This document shows, piece after piece, positions 12,040 to 24,115 of a stretch of DNA of 64,000 nt. The stretch comes from Mobula hypostoma (Eukaryota): NCBI RefSeq assembly GCF_963921235.1, contig NC_086109.1:21702001-21766000 (forward strand). Reading direction: 5' to 3'. Numbering within the stretch: position 1 is the stretch's first letter; the number at the start of each line of letters is the position of its first letter. The notes under the pieces were generated by a model. It saw only the letters and a program-made list of their open reading frames with translations. It was not told the origin of the DNA and made no database searches. The translations under genes and the position numbers were made by a program.

Positions 12040-12152
12040 ACATTCAGGTGTAGATTGAAAAGTGACAAGTAACATTTCTATGCCAGGCATGTATAATATC
12101 CAATAAGAAACATTTCAACCAACCAGCCTTGACAATAAAAAGACAAACCTAG

Positions 12153-12570
12153 TCATCATTATCATTGTGCCGTTTCGTATGTCATGAAAGTTCTGGTGTT
12201 CATCTGTCTTTGATATTCCCGGGGGAAGACCCTCTTCATGCAGTTGTTCTTGCTCTTTTCTCTATCCATAATCATGATTGTTCGTAGCAAATTTTTCTAC
12301 AGAAGTAGTTTATTATTGGCTTCTTCTGGGCAGTGTCTTTACAATACTCCTCAGAGGTTGTCTGCCTGGTGTCAGTGGTCGCATAACCAGGACTTGTGGT
12401 ATGCACCAGCTGCTCATATGAACATCCACCACCTGCTCCCTTGATTTTGCGTGACCCTGACCGGGCGGATAAACAGGTACTACACCTTGCCCAAGGGTGA
12501 CCTGCAAGCTAGCCAAAAAAAGGAGCACACTACACCTCCTTTGGTAGAGATGTATTTCCATCCTGTCACC
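12153..12570 (-). mobile_element. RTE-tailed non-autonomous retroposon/SINE
   Basis: Homologous to 52268-52796 and 59933-60396; CAT-type tail on +. Confidence 0.7.
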
Positions 12571-13034
12571 AAAAAACCTTGTACTCCATCATTAACAACA
12601 TGGGAGTTACCATTGTCCAGAACTCGGACTATATTCAGTCATGCATGGCTGAAGGAGCAGGTCAGACCTGGGTATCCTGCAGTGAGTAGTTCATTCCCTA
12701 ATACCAGAGATGCTTTTCATTATTTACAAGGTAAAAGTTAGGAATATGTTGGAATATTTCCATTTACCTGGATACTTGTAGCTCCCATAATACACAAGAT
12801 GTCAACTCCGTCCAGAACAAAATAAGCTGCTTACTACCTCACCTCTTACCCTCCACGCCATGTACAAAATACATTGCAATTATATCCTGGTGAAATAAGA
12901 GCTTCCATTCAACAAGCGTTGCCAAAGAGGTCAAGGGAAATAAATAAACAGGACCACCATTAAGAAATTCCCTTTAATGCCCAAAGTCATCCTTGATTGG
13001 AAATAACTCACTGTTGCTTCATTGGTGGTCCTCC

Positions 13035-13200
13035 ACACTCAGTGGCCACTTTGTGAGGCATCTCCTGTACCTAATATAGTGGCCACTGAGAGTACCTTTG
13101 TGGTCTTGGGCTGCTGTAGCCCATCCACTTCAAGGTTAGGTCTGTTGTGCATCAGAGATGCTCTTCTGCACACCACTGTTGTAGCCTGTGTTTATTTAAG
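13035..13200 (-). mobile_element. Tc1-like DNA transposon remnant (one end)
   Basis: CACTCAGTGGCCACTTT terminus; GATGCTCTTCTGCACACCACTGTTG is the reverse complement of sequence in the Tc1 copies at 21563 and 31966. Confidence 0.75.
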
Positions 13201-15700
13201 TTCGTCCACCCAGTTAGGCACCTCCAGGCGGGCCATGAGAGTCGATTTCAGGTGACGGTGGAAGCGCTCCACTAGTCCGTTCGACTGTGGGTGGTAGGCA
13301 GTTGTGTGGTGTAGCTGCGATCCTAAAAGGTTGGCCATAGCCGACCACAGGCTGGAGGTGAACTGGGTGCCCCTGTCGGAGGTAATGTGGGCCGGTACCC
13401 CGAAGCGGGCTACCCAGGTTGCGATCAGTGCTCGGACGCAGGATTCAGAGGTGATGTCGCTGAGCGGGACTGCCTCTGGCCATCTGGTGAACCGGTCTAC
13501 GATAGTTAGGAGGTACCGCGCTCCTCGTGACACTGGCAGGGGCCCCACGATATCCACATGAATGTGGTCGAACCTCCAGCGGGTGGGTTCGAACCGCTGC
13601 GGCGGAGCCTTGGTGTGCCGCTGCACCTTGGCCGTTTGGCACTGCATGCACGTTTTGACCCATTCACTGACCTGCTTACGAAGTCCATGCCACACGAACC
13701 TGTTGGCGACCAGCCGGACGGTTGTCCTGATGGAGGGGTGCGCTAAGTTGTGAATGGATTCGAAAACCCGCCAGGACGACGGGGCGGGGTTGGCCGGTAG
13801 CTACATCACATAGTTGGGTCCTCTCACTTGGGCCTACGGGGAGGTCTTGGAGCTGAAAACTGGAGACTGCAGACCTGTAACTGGGGATCTCAGCGTCTGC
13901 CTGCTGTGCCTCTGCCAGCGCTGCATAGTCCACCCCCTGGGACAGGGTCTGTATGGTAGGTCTGGATAGTGCGTCCGCCACGACGTTGTCCTTTCCAGAG
14001 ACATGCCGGATGTCCGTCGTGTACTCGGAGATGTAGGACAGATGTCGCTGTTGGTGGGACGACCAGGGGTTGGACACCTTCATGAACGCAAAGGTAAGCG
14101 GTTTGTGGTCTGTAAAAGCGGTGAAGGGCCTACCTTCTAAGAAGTACCTGAAATGTCGGATTGCCAGGTATAGTGCCAATAGCTCCCGGTCGAAAGCACT
14201 GTATTTGAGTTCAGGTGGTCATAGGTGTTTGCTGAAGAACGCCAGGGGTTGCCAGCGACCCTCGATGAGTTGTTCCAGCACTCCACCGACTGCTGTGTTG
14301 GATGCGTCCACCGTGAAGGCAGTAGGAACGTCCGTTCTGGGGTGCACTAGCATCGTGGCGTTTGCCAAGGCTTCTTTGGTTTTAACAAAAGCGGTTGCGG
14401 CCTCTTTGTCCCAGGTAATGTCCTTGCCTTTACCCGACATCAGAGTGAACAGGGGGCGCATGGTTCGGGCTGCTGAGGGGAGGAAACGGTGGTAGAAATT
14501 AACCATACCCACGAATTCCTGCAGGCCTTTGATTGTGTTGGGTCGGGGGGAAGTTGCGGACCGCGTCTACCTTGGCGGGCAGTGGGGTTTCCCTGTCTTT
14601 AGTAATCCTGTGGCCCAGGAAGTCGATGGTGTCGAGTCCGAACTGGCATTTGGCCGGGTTGATCGTAAGGCCGAATTCACTCAGGCGGGAGTAGAGCTGG
14701 CGGAGGTGGGACAGATGCTCCTGCCGACTACTGCTGGCTATGAGGATGTCGTCCAAATAGATGAATGCAAAGTCCAGGTCGCGTCCCACCGCGTCCATTA
14801 GCCGCTGGAAAGTCTGTGGCATTCTTCAGGCCGAACGGCATTCAGAGGAATTCGAAAAGTCCAAACGGGGTGATGAGTGCTGTTTTGGGGATGTTGTCCG
14901 GATGTACCGGGATTTGATGGTATCCCTGGACGAGGTCTACCTTGGAAAAGATCCTTGCGCCATGTAGGTTTGCTGCGAAGTCTTGAATGTGCGGCACAGG
15001 GTAGCGGTCTGGCGTTGTAGCCTCGTTCAGTCTGCGGTAGTCACCGTATGGTCTCCAGCCCCCCGTTGCCTTGGGCACCATGTGCAGGGGGGAGGCCCAT
15101 GGGTTGTCGGACCGTCATATGATCCCCAATTCCTCCATCTTCTTGAACTCCTCCTTCGCCAGTCGGAGCTTGTCCGGGGGAAGCCTTCGAGCACGGGCGT
15201 GGAGGGGTGGTCCCTGGGTCGGGATGTGGTGCTGTACTCCGTGTCTGAGCATGGCTGCCGTGAACTGTGGTGTCAGTACTGATGGGAAATCCGCCAGGAC
15301 CCTGGTGAATTCATCGTTGGACAACGTTATGGAGTCCAGGTGTGGGGCTGGCAACTTTGCTTCACCCAGGGAGAACGTTTGAAAAGTCTTGGCATGAACT
15401 AATCGCTTCCCTTGCAGGTCGACCAGCAGGCTGTGGGCTCGCAGAAAATCCGCCCCCAGGAGTGGTTGGGCCACGGCGGCCAGTGTGAAGTCCCACGTGA
15501 ACCGGCTGGAGCAGAACTGTAGCCGTACCGTGCGGGTGCCGTAGGTTCATATTGTGCTGCCATTTGCGGCCCTCAGGGTGGGTCCTGGTTCTCTGTTGCG
15601 GGTGTCGTAACTCATTGGAGGTAAAACGCTGATTTCCGCTCTGGTGTCGACCAAAATCGGCATCCCGACTGCTTGTCCCAGACATACAGGAGGCTATCCT
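13197..15700 (-). pseudogene. pol: Gypsy pol (protease, RT, RNase H, integrase), frameshifted
   Basis: LVDTRAEISVLP (protease, D-T-G mutated), DYRRLN and YLDDILI (RT), VDASNTAVGGVL and TDHKPL (RNase H), C..CQ, HIHVDIVGP, ITSDRG and NGLVERFH (integrase). Confidence 0.92.
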
Positions 15701-15719
15701 GATGGCCAGCGGCTCGGCC

Positions 15720-16377
15720 TTGGCGTTTCCCGGGAATTTGCAAGGTGGTCTACAGCGGCGGGCCTCTGTGCCCCACCGCTGGTGGTAGAAGCAGCATTGT
15801 TCGTTGGGCTCTGCTGCCGGGCCTGGTCTGGTCTGTCGTTGGGCACACGGTTTGGTGATCTGTGTGACGGATGCCCCTCTCTCCTTCTTGGCATTCCACA
15901 GCACATCTGCTCGAGCCACAACCTCCCGGGGGTTGCTGAAATCTGTGTCGGACAGCAGCAGGCGTATGTCCTTGGGCAGTTGCTCTAGGAACGCCTGCTC
16001 AAACATGAGGCAGGGTTTGTGTCCTTCAGCCAGGGCCAGCATTTCGTTCATTAATGCTGACGGCGGCCTGTCTCCCAAACCATCCAGGTGCATTAAGCGG
16101 CGTGCTCATTCGCGCCGTGAGAGTCCGAAAGTCCTTATGAGCAGGGCTTTGAATACTGTGTATTTGCTGTTCTCCGGGGGCGACTGTATAAATTCCTCAA
16201 CTTGTGCAGCAGTCTCCTGGTCGAGGGAGCTGAGCACGTCGTAGTAGCGAGTGGACTCCGAGGTTATCTGCCGAATGTGGAATTGTGCTTCTGCCTGTTC
16301 AAACCACAGACAGGTCTCAGCGGCCAAAAGCTTGGCAGTTTTAACGAAACTGCGTGAACAGACGCGGCGTCGGTCAT
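15720..16377 (-). pseudogene. gag: Gypsy gag, frameshifted
   Basis: MTDAASVHAVSLKLPSFW, WFEQAEAQF, LGDRPPSALM and the CHCC knuckle CFYHQRWGTEARRCRPPC. Confidence 0.85.
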
Positions 16378-16402
16378 CTCTGATCTAAATATCGTTTGGG
16401 CT

Positions 16403-16415
16403 GTCGGGGTCACCA
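16403..16415 (-). promoter_or_regulatory. Primer-binding site complementary to the tRNA-Trp 3' end
   Basis: TGGTGACCCCGAC lies 2 nt after the LTR end; vertebrate tRNA-Trp ends in GUCGGGGUCACCA. Confidence 0.85.
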
Positions 16416-16417
16416 AA

Positions 16418-16704
16418 TGTAGCGGTGTGCTACACACAGCGCTAAAATAACCACACGTAGTCGGTGAGTTGGAGTTGCGATAAAAAGACTTATTCAAACT
16501 TCGTGGCCTGCTTTAAAGCCTTCCCGTTCCCGCCCTCCCTGGGGCGGGATTGCTGTGGGGAATGCATATTCCCAGACCCTTTCCGCACACGGGATTTTCC
16601 CCCTGCTGGTGAAGATGGTCTGGCGCCCTCTCTGGGGCTGGCCCTCTGCCTGCGCGCACTGTTTTGTGGGCCGGTCCGTGTGTGCTAGAAAGTGGGTCGC
16701 CACA
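16418..16704 (-). repeat. 5' LTR (287 bp, TG...CA)
   Basis: Minus strand begins TGTGGCG and ends CGCTACA, immediately before the PBS. Confidence 0.8.
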
Positions 16705-16745
16705 GCATCCTCTAATTTGCTCCATTGGAGCCAATAGGTTAATTT

Positions 16746-16890
16746 TAATTAGGTTAGTCCTGACGAAGGGTCTCGGCCTGAAACGTCGACTGCACCTCTT
16801 CCTAGAGATGCTGCCTGGCCTGCTGCGTTCACCAGCAACTTTTATGTGTGTTGCTTGAATTTCCAGCATCTGCAGAATTCCTGTTGTTTG
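16746..16890 (+). mobile_element. Short PLE-terminus insertion with 10-bp TSD
   Basis: Hammerhead plus ~100-nt tail; AGGTTAATTT at 16736-16745 and 16891-16900. Confidence 0.8.
16755..16792 (+). ncRNA. Minimal type I hammerhead ribozyme motif
   Basis: TAGTC CTGACGA AGG GTCTCGG CCT GAAAC GTC GACTG; predicted cleavage after 16787. Confidence 0.72.
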
Positions 16891-17962
16891 AGGTTAATTT
16901 ACAGTTAGGCTTGGATTGGGTTTCTAGTGTTTGAGAGCACCTGGCATTGTAAACTCTGGTGTTAGACTACCATCAGTTCAAACGGAATTCAAACAACACT
17001 CAGGTACTAATGGAAGTTTGTGGGATCTTACTGTGCAAAAAGTAGGTTGCCACAATCACATGGCTGGAAAGGTCCAGAGAACTTCAAAGCACCTGAAACT
17101 TGTGTAATGTTTTGAAGAGAAAAGATGAAAAGCATTAAAAATCTTTAAACACTTTTTATGGACCAATAGATTAATCATTGTTGTAAGATAATTTTGCAAT
17201 ACAGGTTACAGAATAACCTGTGCACTAAAGACGTCTGGACAAAACACCTAAGCCACCTTCACCCCAGACATTTTTTCTTTTTGCATTAGGTTTTTGAGAA
17301 TTGACCTATAAAGGGATAATTAATTAAAAGATAAAATTACTGATGAACTCAGTATTTATGCACGGGTGCCCTGAATCAGCTTGAGAACATGATTTAACTG
17401 TAGTTTAAATTATGAAAAATAATCCCTTAATACCTTCATTGGGGTCTGTCTCCTCAAACCTCTTCTGTACCTATGCCAGCGGGTACACATAGCTTCTCAA
17501 ATGATTCAATATCGATTCTTACTCAACTTAAAATCTTTTTTTTCTTGTATAAATTAGTTGGTTTATTGATGTAGATGTAACTTCATCTTGGCATTGAACT
17601 CATTATTTCCTGCTGTGAGTTTCTCTCTCTTGGGATCTAGTTTAACACTGGACAGTCTCACTCAGGTGAAACTGGATGCCTTCATTGAGAAACTAGCATT
17701 TTATTCTCCCCGGGATGATCTGCAATTTATTTATTCTTTAATTAGCTCCTTTTCACTTCTCTCAAAGCCATTCCCCAGGATGTGCATTTCTGCATGAGTG
17801 TATCTATGTTATGATTGTGTACAGCATGTTACATGTGCATTGTGATTGCATATCATGCACACGTATGTGTGCGTGTGTGGATGGAAATGCATACATGTAT
17901 GTGTTCATGCATCTGTGCAACCATGCGCTCTGGTAATCTGTATGCACAGTTTTATGTGGGTA

Positions 17963-18175
17963 CACAGCAGGTCAGGCAGCTTCTATGCAGAGGTCCTGAT
18001 GAAGAGTCTCGGCCCAGAAGATTGAGGCTTTATTTCTCTCCAGTCCTTATAAAGGATCTTGTCACAAAACATCCACTCTTTATTCCTCTCCATAGATGCT
18101 GCCTAACCTGCTGTGATTTCCTCCAGCATTTTACATGCCTTACTCTGAATTCCCAGCATCTACAGAATCTCTTGA
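17963..18175 (+). mobile_element. Degenerate PLE terminus with short inverted piece
   Basis: GTCCTGATGAAGAGTCTCGGCCC...CATAGATGCTGCC...CCCAGCATCTACAGAATCTC. Confidence 0.6.
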
Positions 18176-20319
18176 GTGCCTGTGTGTGTATAGGTTTATG
18201 TGTTTACATATCTGCACTTGAATATGTGATATACATGTTAACCAGGGATGAGCCAAGGAAAGAATATGAAGGTGACATTCCCATGTCACTCTGCCCTCTC
18301 AGATAAAGTACTGTATTCTCCAATAACAGATAGGAAATAATGCCAGAAGTAAAAGTCAGAGGGCAGGCAATCTCCATGTAAATGTACCAAAATCTCATCC
18401 TGGAGATCATCTTCCTGATGAATTTTCGTGCTAGGCAAAATAATTCAAAGAAACGTGGATTTCCATGATGGCAGAAGAAACGTATGTGAATTGTTGCTAA
18501 GTAAAATTAAAACTAAGTTGAAAAGTAAAGGTCCTTCATATATTGCGAGCAAGCTTCTTGAAAGTGCTGTTAGATCAAGGCCCGCCAGCTTGTACAGATT
18601 CAGACTACCCACCTCACGAAAGTGAAAGAGCTACCTAGTTCTGCTGATGATGTCAGCCAATATTCAACCTTCAACTAACACCACTAAAAGGTAAATTATT
18701 ATTCATTGTGCACAGTGCTTGGGGTGTATTGAGTATCCAGGGAGAGGAGGGGTAGCACCCCTGGTGAAGGGGTTTGTTGTGTCCGATGTGGGACAACTCA
18801 TTCACTTTAGGTTCCCACCGGACGCTCAGCTCTCACCTGAGGCTCTAAATAGCTGTTTGTATGCAACAGCGGCCTCATACCCCAGTGAGATAGGAACACG
18901 CCTGCATGTGTTCAGCTCTGGCAGACTGGGTAGATGAGATCTACAGTGAGATCCAACAGCCAGGAAGTCGATACTGCAACGCTCCACGGAGAGCAAAGGG
19001 TACAACAAGGCATGGAAGATGTCATGTTCATCCACTGCAACCAAGGAAGATCCCAGTTTGTGACGCTTGTTCGAACCACTGGACCAGGACTTCTAAGGTT
19101 AAGAGAGTGGAACTACCCCAATACAACGGTTTTTCCACTGTAAAACTCTCCCGCACAGGTCTCCTGTCATCGTCAGACATGATGGACAACTACCATTCAC
19201 ACTGGATTTTGCAGGATCATGTTGTGTCCATTGAGCTTCTAGGTAACTCAGGACTTCAGAAGGTTGTGTAAAACTGAGTTGTGGCATTTTATGGCACAGA
19301 GGAAGAATATTTGGTCCACCATGCCATGACTGACTCTTTGGAAGATCTGTCCCCACTCTCTCACCCCCACTTATCTTCAGGGAATTCCCAGCTTTGATGG
19401 GGCCCCTGTAAGAATCAGCACCACCAGGAGGAAAACTGAGGAGAGTGAACCTGTCACATTGGACCCTGGTCATTGGGCGCAGCGGAGAACTTCTTCATCA
19501 AAGCTACAAACTGTAAAACCAGGATAAAATGCTGCGTCGCTCACAACTTGCAGACGTGAGAGAGACTGAAGGGTCAATCAGAGGAAAACAGCTGCCGACT
19601 GACAACAGTAACTGAAAGATTCAATTCCACTCAATGCACACAGCACGTGCTCTGAGGCAAAGTTGCCACATTTCAAATCTCAGTTTGCACAAGACAATTT
19701 GTTGAATGCAAAGCAAAAGATTTCTTACTAGAAGCGACAGGTACTGGGAATTCCCTGTTTCATGAAATGCCTCGTTACGCATTGTGGAAGATCAATGTGT
19801 TACTGCTCACAGTCCAATAGGCCTGTTTTACAAGAGTATTGAACATTTGCAAACACAACATCTTGTCAGGCAGTAGATTTCTTGTTTTGTGACTTCTGGT
19901 GTAACCTTTAACTTTTTACATCAAGTTGTAATTATTCTGTAATCCCAGAAACTTTCTCCAAATTGTCTAATCTAAAGGTCCAACAACAGCAATAACTTGG
20001 CTTTGTAAACTACTTAATACACAATAAAATGTCCCTGACAATGAATCATCAAATAAAATTTGACATTAAACTAGAAACAGTGGAAGAGGTGACCAGTACT
20101 TTGCCCTAGAACCTTGTTTTAAGCCTTTTCTTCAAGGAAGGAAACGGAGGCAGAGAGACAGAGAAAATTAAGGAGAGAATAGTGCAGATTAGGCCTTTAC
20201 AGATGGCAGTGCTACAGTCAGTGACAAACGTCAGTAAAAAGTAAATAAAGATGCCCAAATCAGAAGGAAGCAAGAAATCCTGGAGATTTGTCTAGCTGAA
20301 GAAAGGCAGTGTGGAATAT

Positions 20320-20875
20320 CAAGAGCATTAGAACGATGTGGTCAACACCTTTGAGCCTGCTTTGCTGTTCATCAGCTCCACCTCTGCACTATCTTCATTT
20401 CTCTTGATTTTCTTGCTATCCAGAAATCCATCGACCTCTGTTTTTTAATGAACATGTTGATTGAGCTCTAGGGTTGAGGATTGCAAAGACCCTCTACTTT
20501 CCGACTCAAGGACTTTCTCCTTGTCTCAGTCAAAGATTAGCCTATCCCTGATTCCTAGTATTAGACACCTTAGCTCAGGGAAACTCTCTCTCTCTACATC
20601 AAAACGGCAAGAGTTTTATAAAATCACTCTGTTCTTCTAAACTCTGGGGAACAGAGGCCTAGATACTCTGTGGATAGAGGAAAATGACCATTCCAGGAAG
20701 CTGCCTGGTGAATCCCCACTGCTCTTCTTTCACAAGTTATTCTTTTTTTAGAAGATACACAATACTGCAGGTGTATGCTTGACAATAATTGCTATAGACT
20801 GTCTTTAATTTTGAACTCAAATCCTCCAGGAATAAAGGCCATATAGTAATTTGCTTTCCTAACTGCTTGCTTCAC
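20320..20875 (-). mobile_element. Old CR1 LINE 3' fragment
   Basis: Degenerate match to the CR1 copies at 25136 and 48571 (TTTGAGCCTGC...TTCTCCTTGTCTCAGTC). Confidence 0.5.
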
Positions 20876-20884
20876 CTATACTTT

Positions 20885-21430
20885 ACTTTCCCTTTCTGGG
20901 AGTTCCCAACCTGGTAACAGGAACATTGATTTCTCAAATTTCCGTAACCTCTCCCTTTTTGACCCTTTTTTCACTTCTCTCATTTCCCTCTCTTTCTGAT
21001 TCACCTGGGTCCCATCATCCAATCTCTTTCCTCTCCTCCACCTCTCCATCTGCCCATCACCCACACACTCCTCCCACTGCTTCTTCTCCCATTTCCCTCC
21101 TTTTATTCCATGCTCCATGTCCTCTCCTGTCAGTTTCCATCATCTTCAGCCTTTTGTTACTTCCATCTACCACCTCCCAGCTACTGACATCCTTCAAATT
21201 CCTCTCCCCCTTCAACTGCCTATCATTCTCCTTAACTTGGATCACCAATCATCTCCCAGCTCTTGCTCCATCCCTTTCCTCCATCTTTTTATACTGGCCA
21301 TCACTCCTCTTTCTTTAAGTCCAGATGAAGGGTCTCAACCCAGAACAACAACTGCCCATTTCCCTCTGTAGATGCTGAATTCCTTTAGCGTCTTTCTACC
21401 TTGCTTCAGATTCCAGCATTTGCAGGCTAT
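20885..21430 (+). mobile_element. Penelope-like element 3' end (ORF end plus tail, degenerate hammerhead)
   Basis: CAACCTGGTAACAGGAACATTGATTTCTCAAATTTCCGTAA (QP.G.NIDFSNF-like), pyrimidine tract, AGTCCAGATGAAGGGTCTCAACCC. Confidence 0.7.
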
Positions 21431-21562
21431 CGTGCCTGTTACCTGCATGTTAGCTTTTGGTAACTCACGTACATGAACCTAGATACCTTTTAATATCATT
21501 TCCCAATCTGTCACCTCTGTACAATTATACTGCTTGATTGTTTTGTGTACTTAAATGGGTGA

Positions 21563-22059
21563 TATTCAGTGTGTAAAGCATATACAGACATGATCAATAG
21601 GTTCAATTGTTGTTCAGACCAAACATCAAATTGTGGAGGAAGTGTGATCTAAGTGATTTTGATCATGGTGCCAGATGGGGTGGTATGAGTATCTCAGAAA
21701 CTGCTGATCTCCTGGGATTTTCATGCACAACCGTTTCTAGAGTTTACAGAGAATGGTGCAAGATACAAAAATACATTCAGTGAGCTGCAGTTCTGTGGGT
21801 GAAAATGCCTTGTAAATGAGAGAGATCAGAGGAGAATGACCAGGCTGGTTCAAGCTGACAGGAAGTTGATATTAACTTAAATAACTACACGTTACAACAG
21901 TAGTGTGCAGAAGAGCTTCTCTGAGTGCACAACTTGTCGAACCTTGGAATGGATGGGGTACAGTAACAGAAGACCACAAGCATACATTCAGTAGCCACTA
22001 AGAGTATCTTAGGTACCTCATGCCTCAGGAGGTACCTAATAAAGTGGCCACTGAGTGCA
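21563..22059 (+). mobile_element. Tc1-like transposon remnant
   Basis: Degenerate transposase N-terminal HTH (ETADLLGFSCTTVSRVYREWC) and terminus AATAAAGTGGCCACTGAGTG. Confidence 0.8.
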
Positions 22060-22994
22060 TCTTAGCACCGACAAAGCGGGTAGAGAAACCCAACCCTTAA
22101 TTTCTAAAGAAAAGCTGAATGTTTTCAATGAAGATGCCACAGATCACTTAGCCATTTAACCCTCAGGCTGCTCTTGATTTGGATGCTGTGGAATCTCCTG
22201 GGTGTCTGATTTCAGTATCCAAACTGCTGCCTTTATTTTCTGCATGTTTTTGCCTTTTCTCGGGAACCCAGTGCCCCATATGAAGTAATTGGAATGCATT
22301 AACAGGCAACGGCGATGGACGGCTGATCTCTCTGGAAGTTTGAATCTGCTCCCCTTCACATACATTGGGATCAGTAATGTACTTACACCAGCACTTTACT
22401 GCTGCATTAGGAAGAAACGGACTGTAACAGAATCTGACAGATTACCAGTGAAGTTTGAATCGTTGCAGCTTGCAATGAAAAGGTGTGTTTCAACAATATT
22501 GTTACGTTAATAAAAAATGAAACAGACAGACACGGGTCAATGTTTGGCTGACACACAGTGAGGGAGTAGCATGGCTAATGGGTTCAGTCTTGTATTTCAG
22601 CCTTGAGGGTTGACAATACATTGGGAGTTCGTTCTAACAGCTTTTCTTTGCATGTCAATAATTTCTTCTATTCAAATTAAAGCTGTAGAGGAGTTAACTG
22701 GTGTTGCGTGGATACAAGATATGAAATGGCCACTGAAGTACTGAGACACTCCAAGGAACAAATGGGATCAGTTACGAGTCAAGTGGAAAATTTAAAGGCT
22801 AAACTGGGGCACCGAGACTGGAAACATACTGGGTTTGAGATCAGGTGGTGGGTAGTCTGAGGGTTGAAAAGAGGGGTAGGATGGGGGAGTGTTAGGAGAG
22901 ATGTTTCAGGATAAAGCAGTAATGAGCAGGACAGGGGAGGAAAAAGCCCAGAACAAGAGACCAGATCATGCTAGGCAAGTCATTGGGTATATTC

Positions 22995-23155
22995 ACAGAA
23001 GAGGTTGATAGATTCTTGGTTAATTAAGGGCATCAAAGGTTATGGGAGAAGGCAGGTCAATGAGGTTTAGAGGGATAATAGATCAGTCATGATGGAATGG
23101 TAGAGCAGACTTGATGGGCTGAATGGCCTAATTATACTCCTATGTTTTATGGTAG
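22995..23155 (+). mobile_element. CR1 LINE 3' tail
   Basis: GGCATCAAAGGTTATGGGAGAAGGCAGG...GATGGGCTGAATGGCCTAATT. Confidence 0.7.
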
Positions 23156-23416
23156 TATGGGAGAACAGAGTTAGACCTGATACTGGGGATACTAACAGAA
23201 TAAGCATGACTACAGGGTAGAGATCCAGGAGAACAGTGCCAGGATTGGTGGATTGGCAAAGACAATACCAGTCAAGGACAATGTAGGCAGGGACAGGGTG
23301 GGCAAAAATGGGGGGTACCAATCCCTTAAGAATCCTGTCTCAGATGCTTCACCTTGGTCCTGGGCCCTCAGAATGGATAGTTCAGTGTTCTTGCACCTGA
23401 GTGACAGCAATGTAAG

Positions 23417-23547
23417 AAACACGAGAGGCTCTGCAGGTGCTGCAAATGTAGAGCAACACACACAAAATACTGGAGGAAATCAGCAGGCCAGGCAGTATCT
23501 ATGCAGAGGAATAAACAACTGATGTTTCGGGTAGAGACCCTTCATCC
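23417..23547 (-). mobile_element. Short PLE terminus ending within the hammerhead
   Basis: GCAACACACACAAAATACTGGAGG...GTTTCGGGTAGAGACCCTTCATC. Confidence 0.7.
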
Positions 23548-23839
23548 CTTACTGTTTGATGATAAAATGAAAAGCGAGCTTTGCTCGGCACACAATATCT
23601 GCTATGCTTCATCTTGGATCACTTATTCCAAGAATGAAGAGCCAGATTTACTCTCCTTCCAACCCACGCTGATCTGTGCTATCTAATAGAACAAATCTGA
23701 GGGAGATTTCCGCTGTACTTCACCCAAGATATACCTGCCCCAGGAGAAATTAATGGGGTAAGGGAGAAGCAAGTTCACTCTTCTTCCAACCTGTCCTGAA
23801 TCTGATCTGGAGTGTTGCATCTGATTCAAACCCATGTTG

Positions 23840-24115
23840 ATACCTTCACTCATTACAACTCTGAACTTATCTGTGGACTCACCTTCGAAGACTTTTCAGC
23901 TCATGCTCTCTGTATTATTCATCTACCTTTTTTTATATTTGCACAGTTTGTCTTCTTTTGCACATTGGCTGTTTGTCAGTCTTTCTTTGTGTTTAGTTTT
24001 CCATTGATCCTATTGTATCGCTTTGTTCTACTGTGAATGCCTGCAAGAAAATGAATCTCAGAGTTGTATATGGTGATATATATGAACTTCGATAATAAAT
24101 TTACTTTGAACTTTG
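23840..24115 (+). mobile_element. Rex1/Babar 3' tail
   Basis: GAATGCCTGCAAGAAAATGAATCTCAG...ATAATAAATTTACTTTGAACTTTG. Confidence 0.75.

Larger units (their letters stand above)
13197..16704 (-). mobile_element. Ty3/Gypsy LTR retrotransposon (CsRn1-like clade), 3' truncated
   Basis: 5' LTR, tRNA-Trp PBS, gag with Cx2Hx9Cx3C, and PR-RT-RH-IN domain order; no 3' LTR. Confidence 0.92.

Noticed and set aside
22140..22510. Possible host exon(s)
   Set aside because: No consistent acceptor-frame-donor combination and no recognisable peptide on either strand
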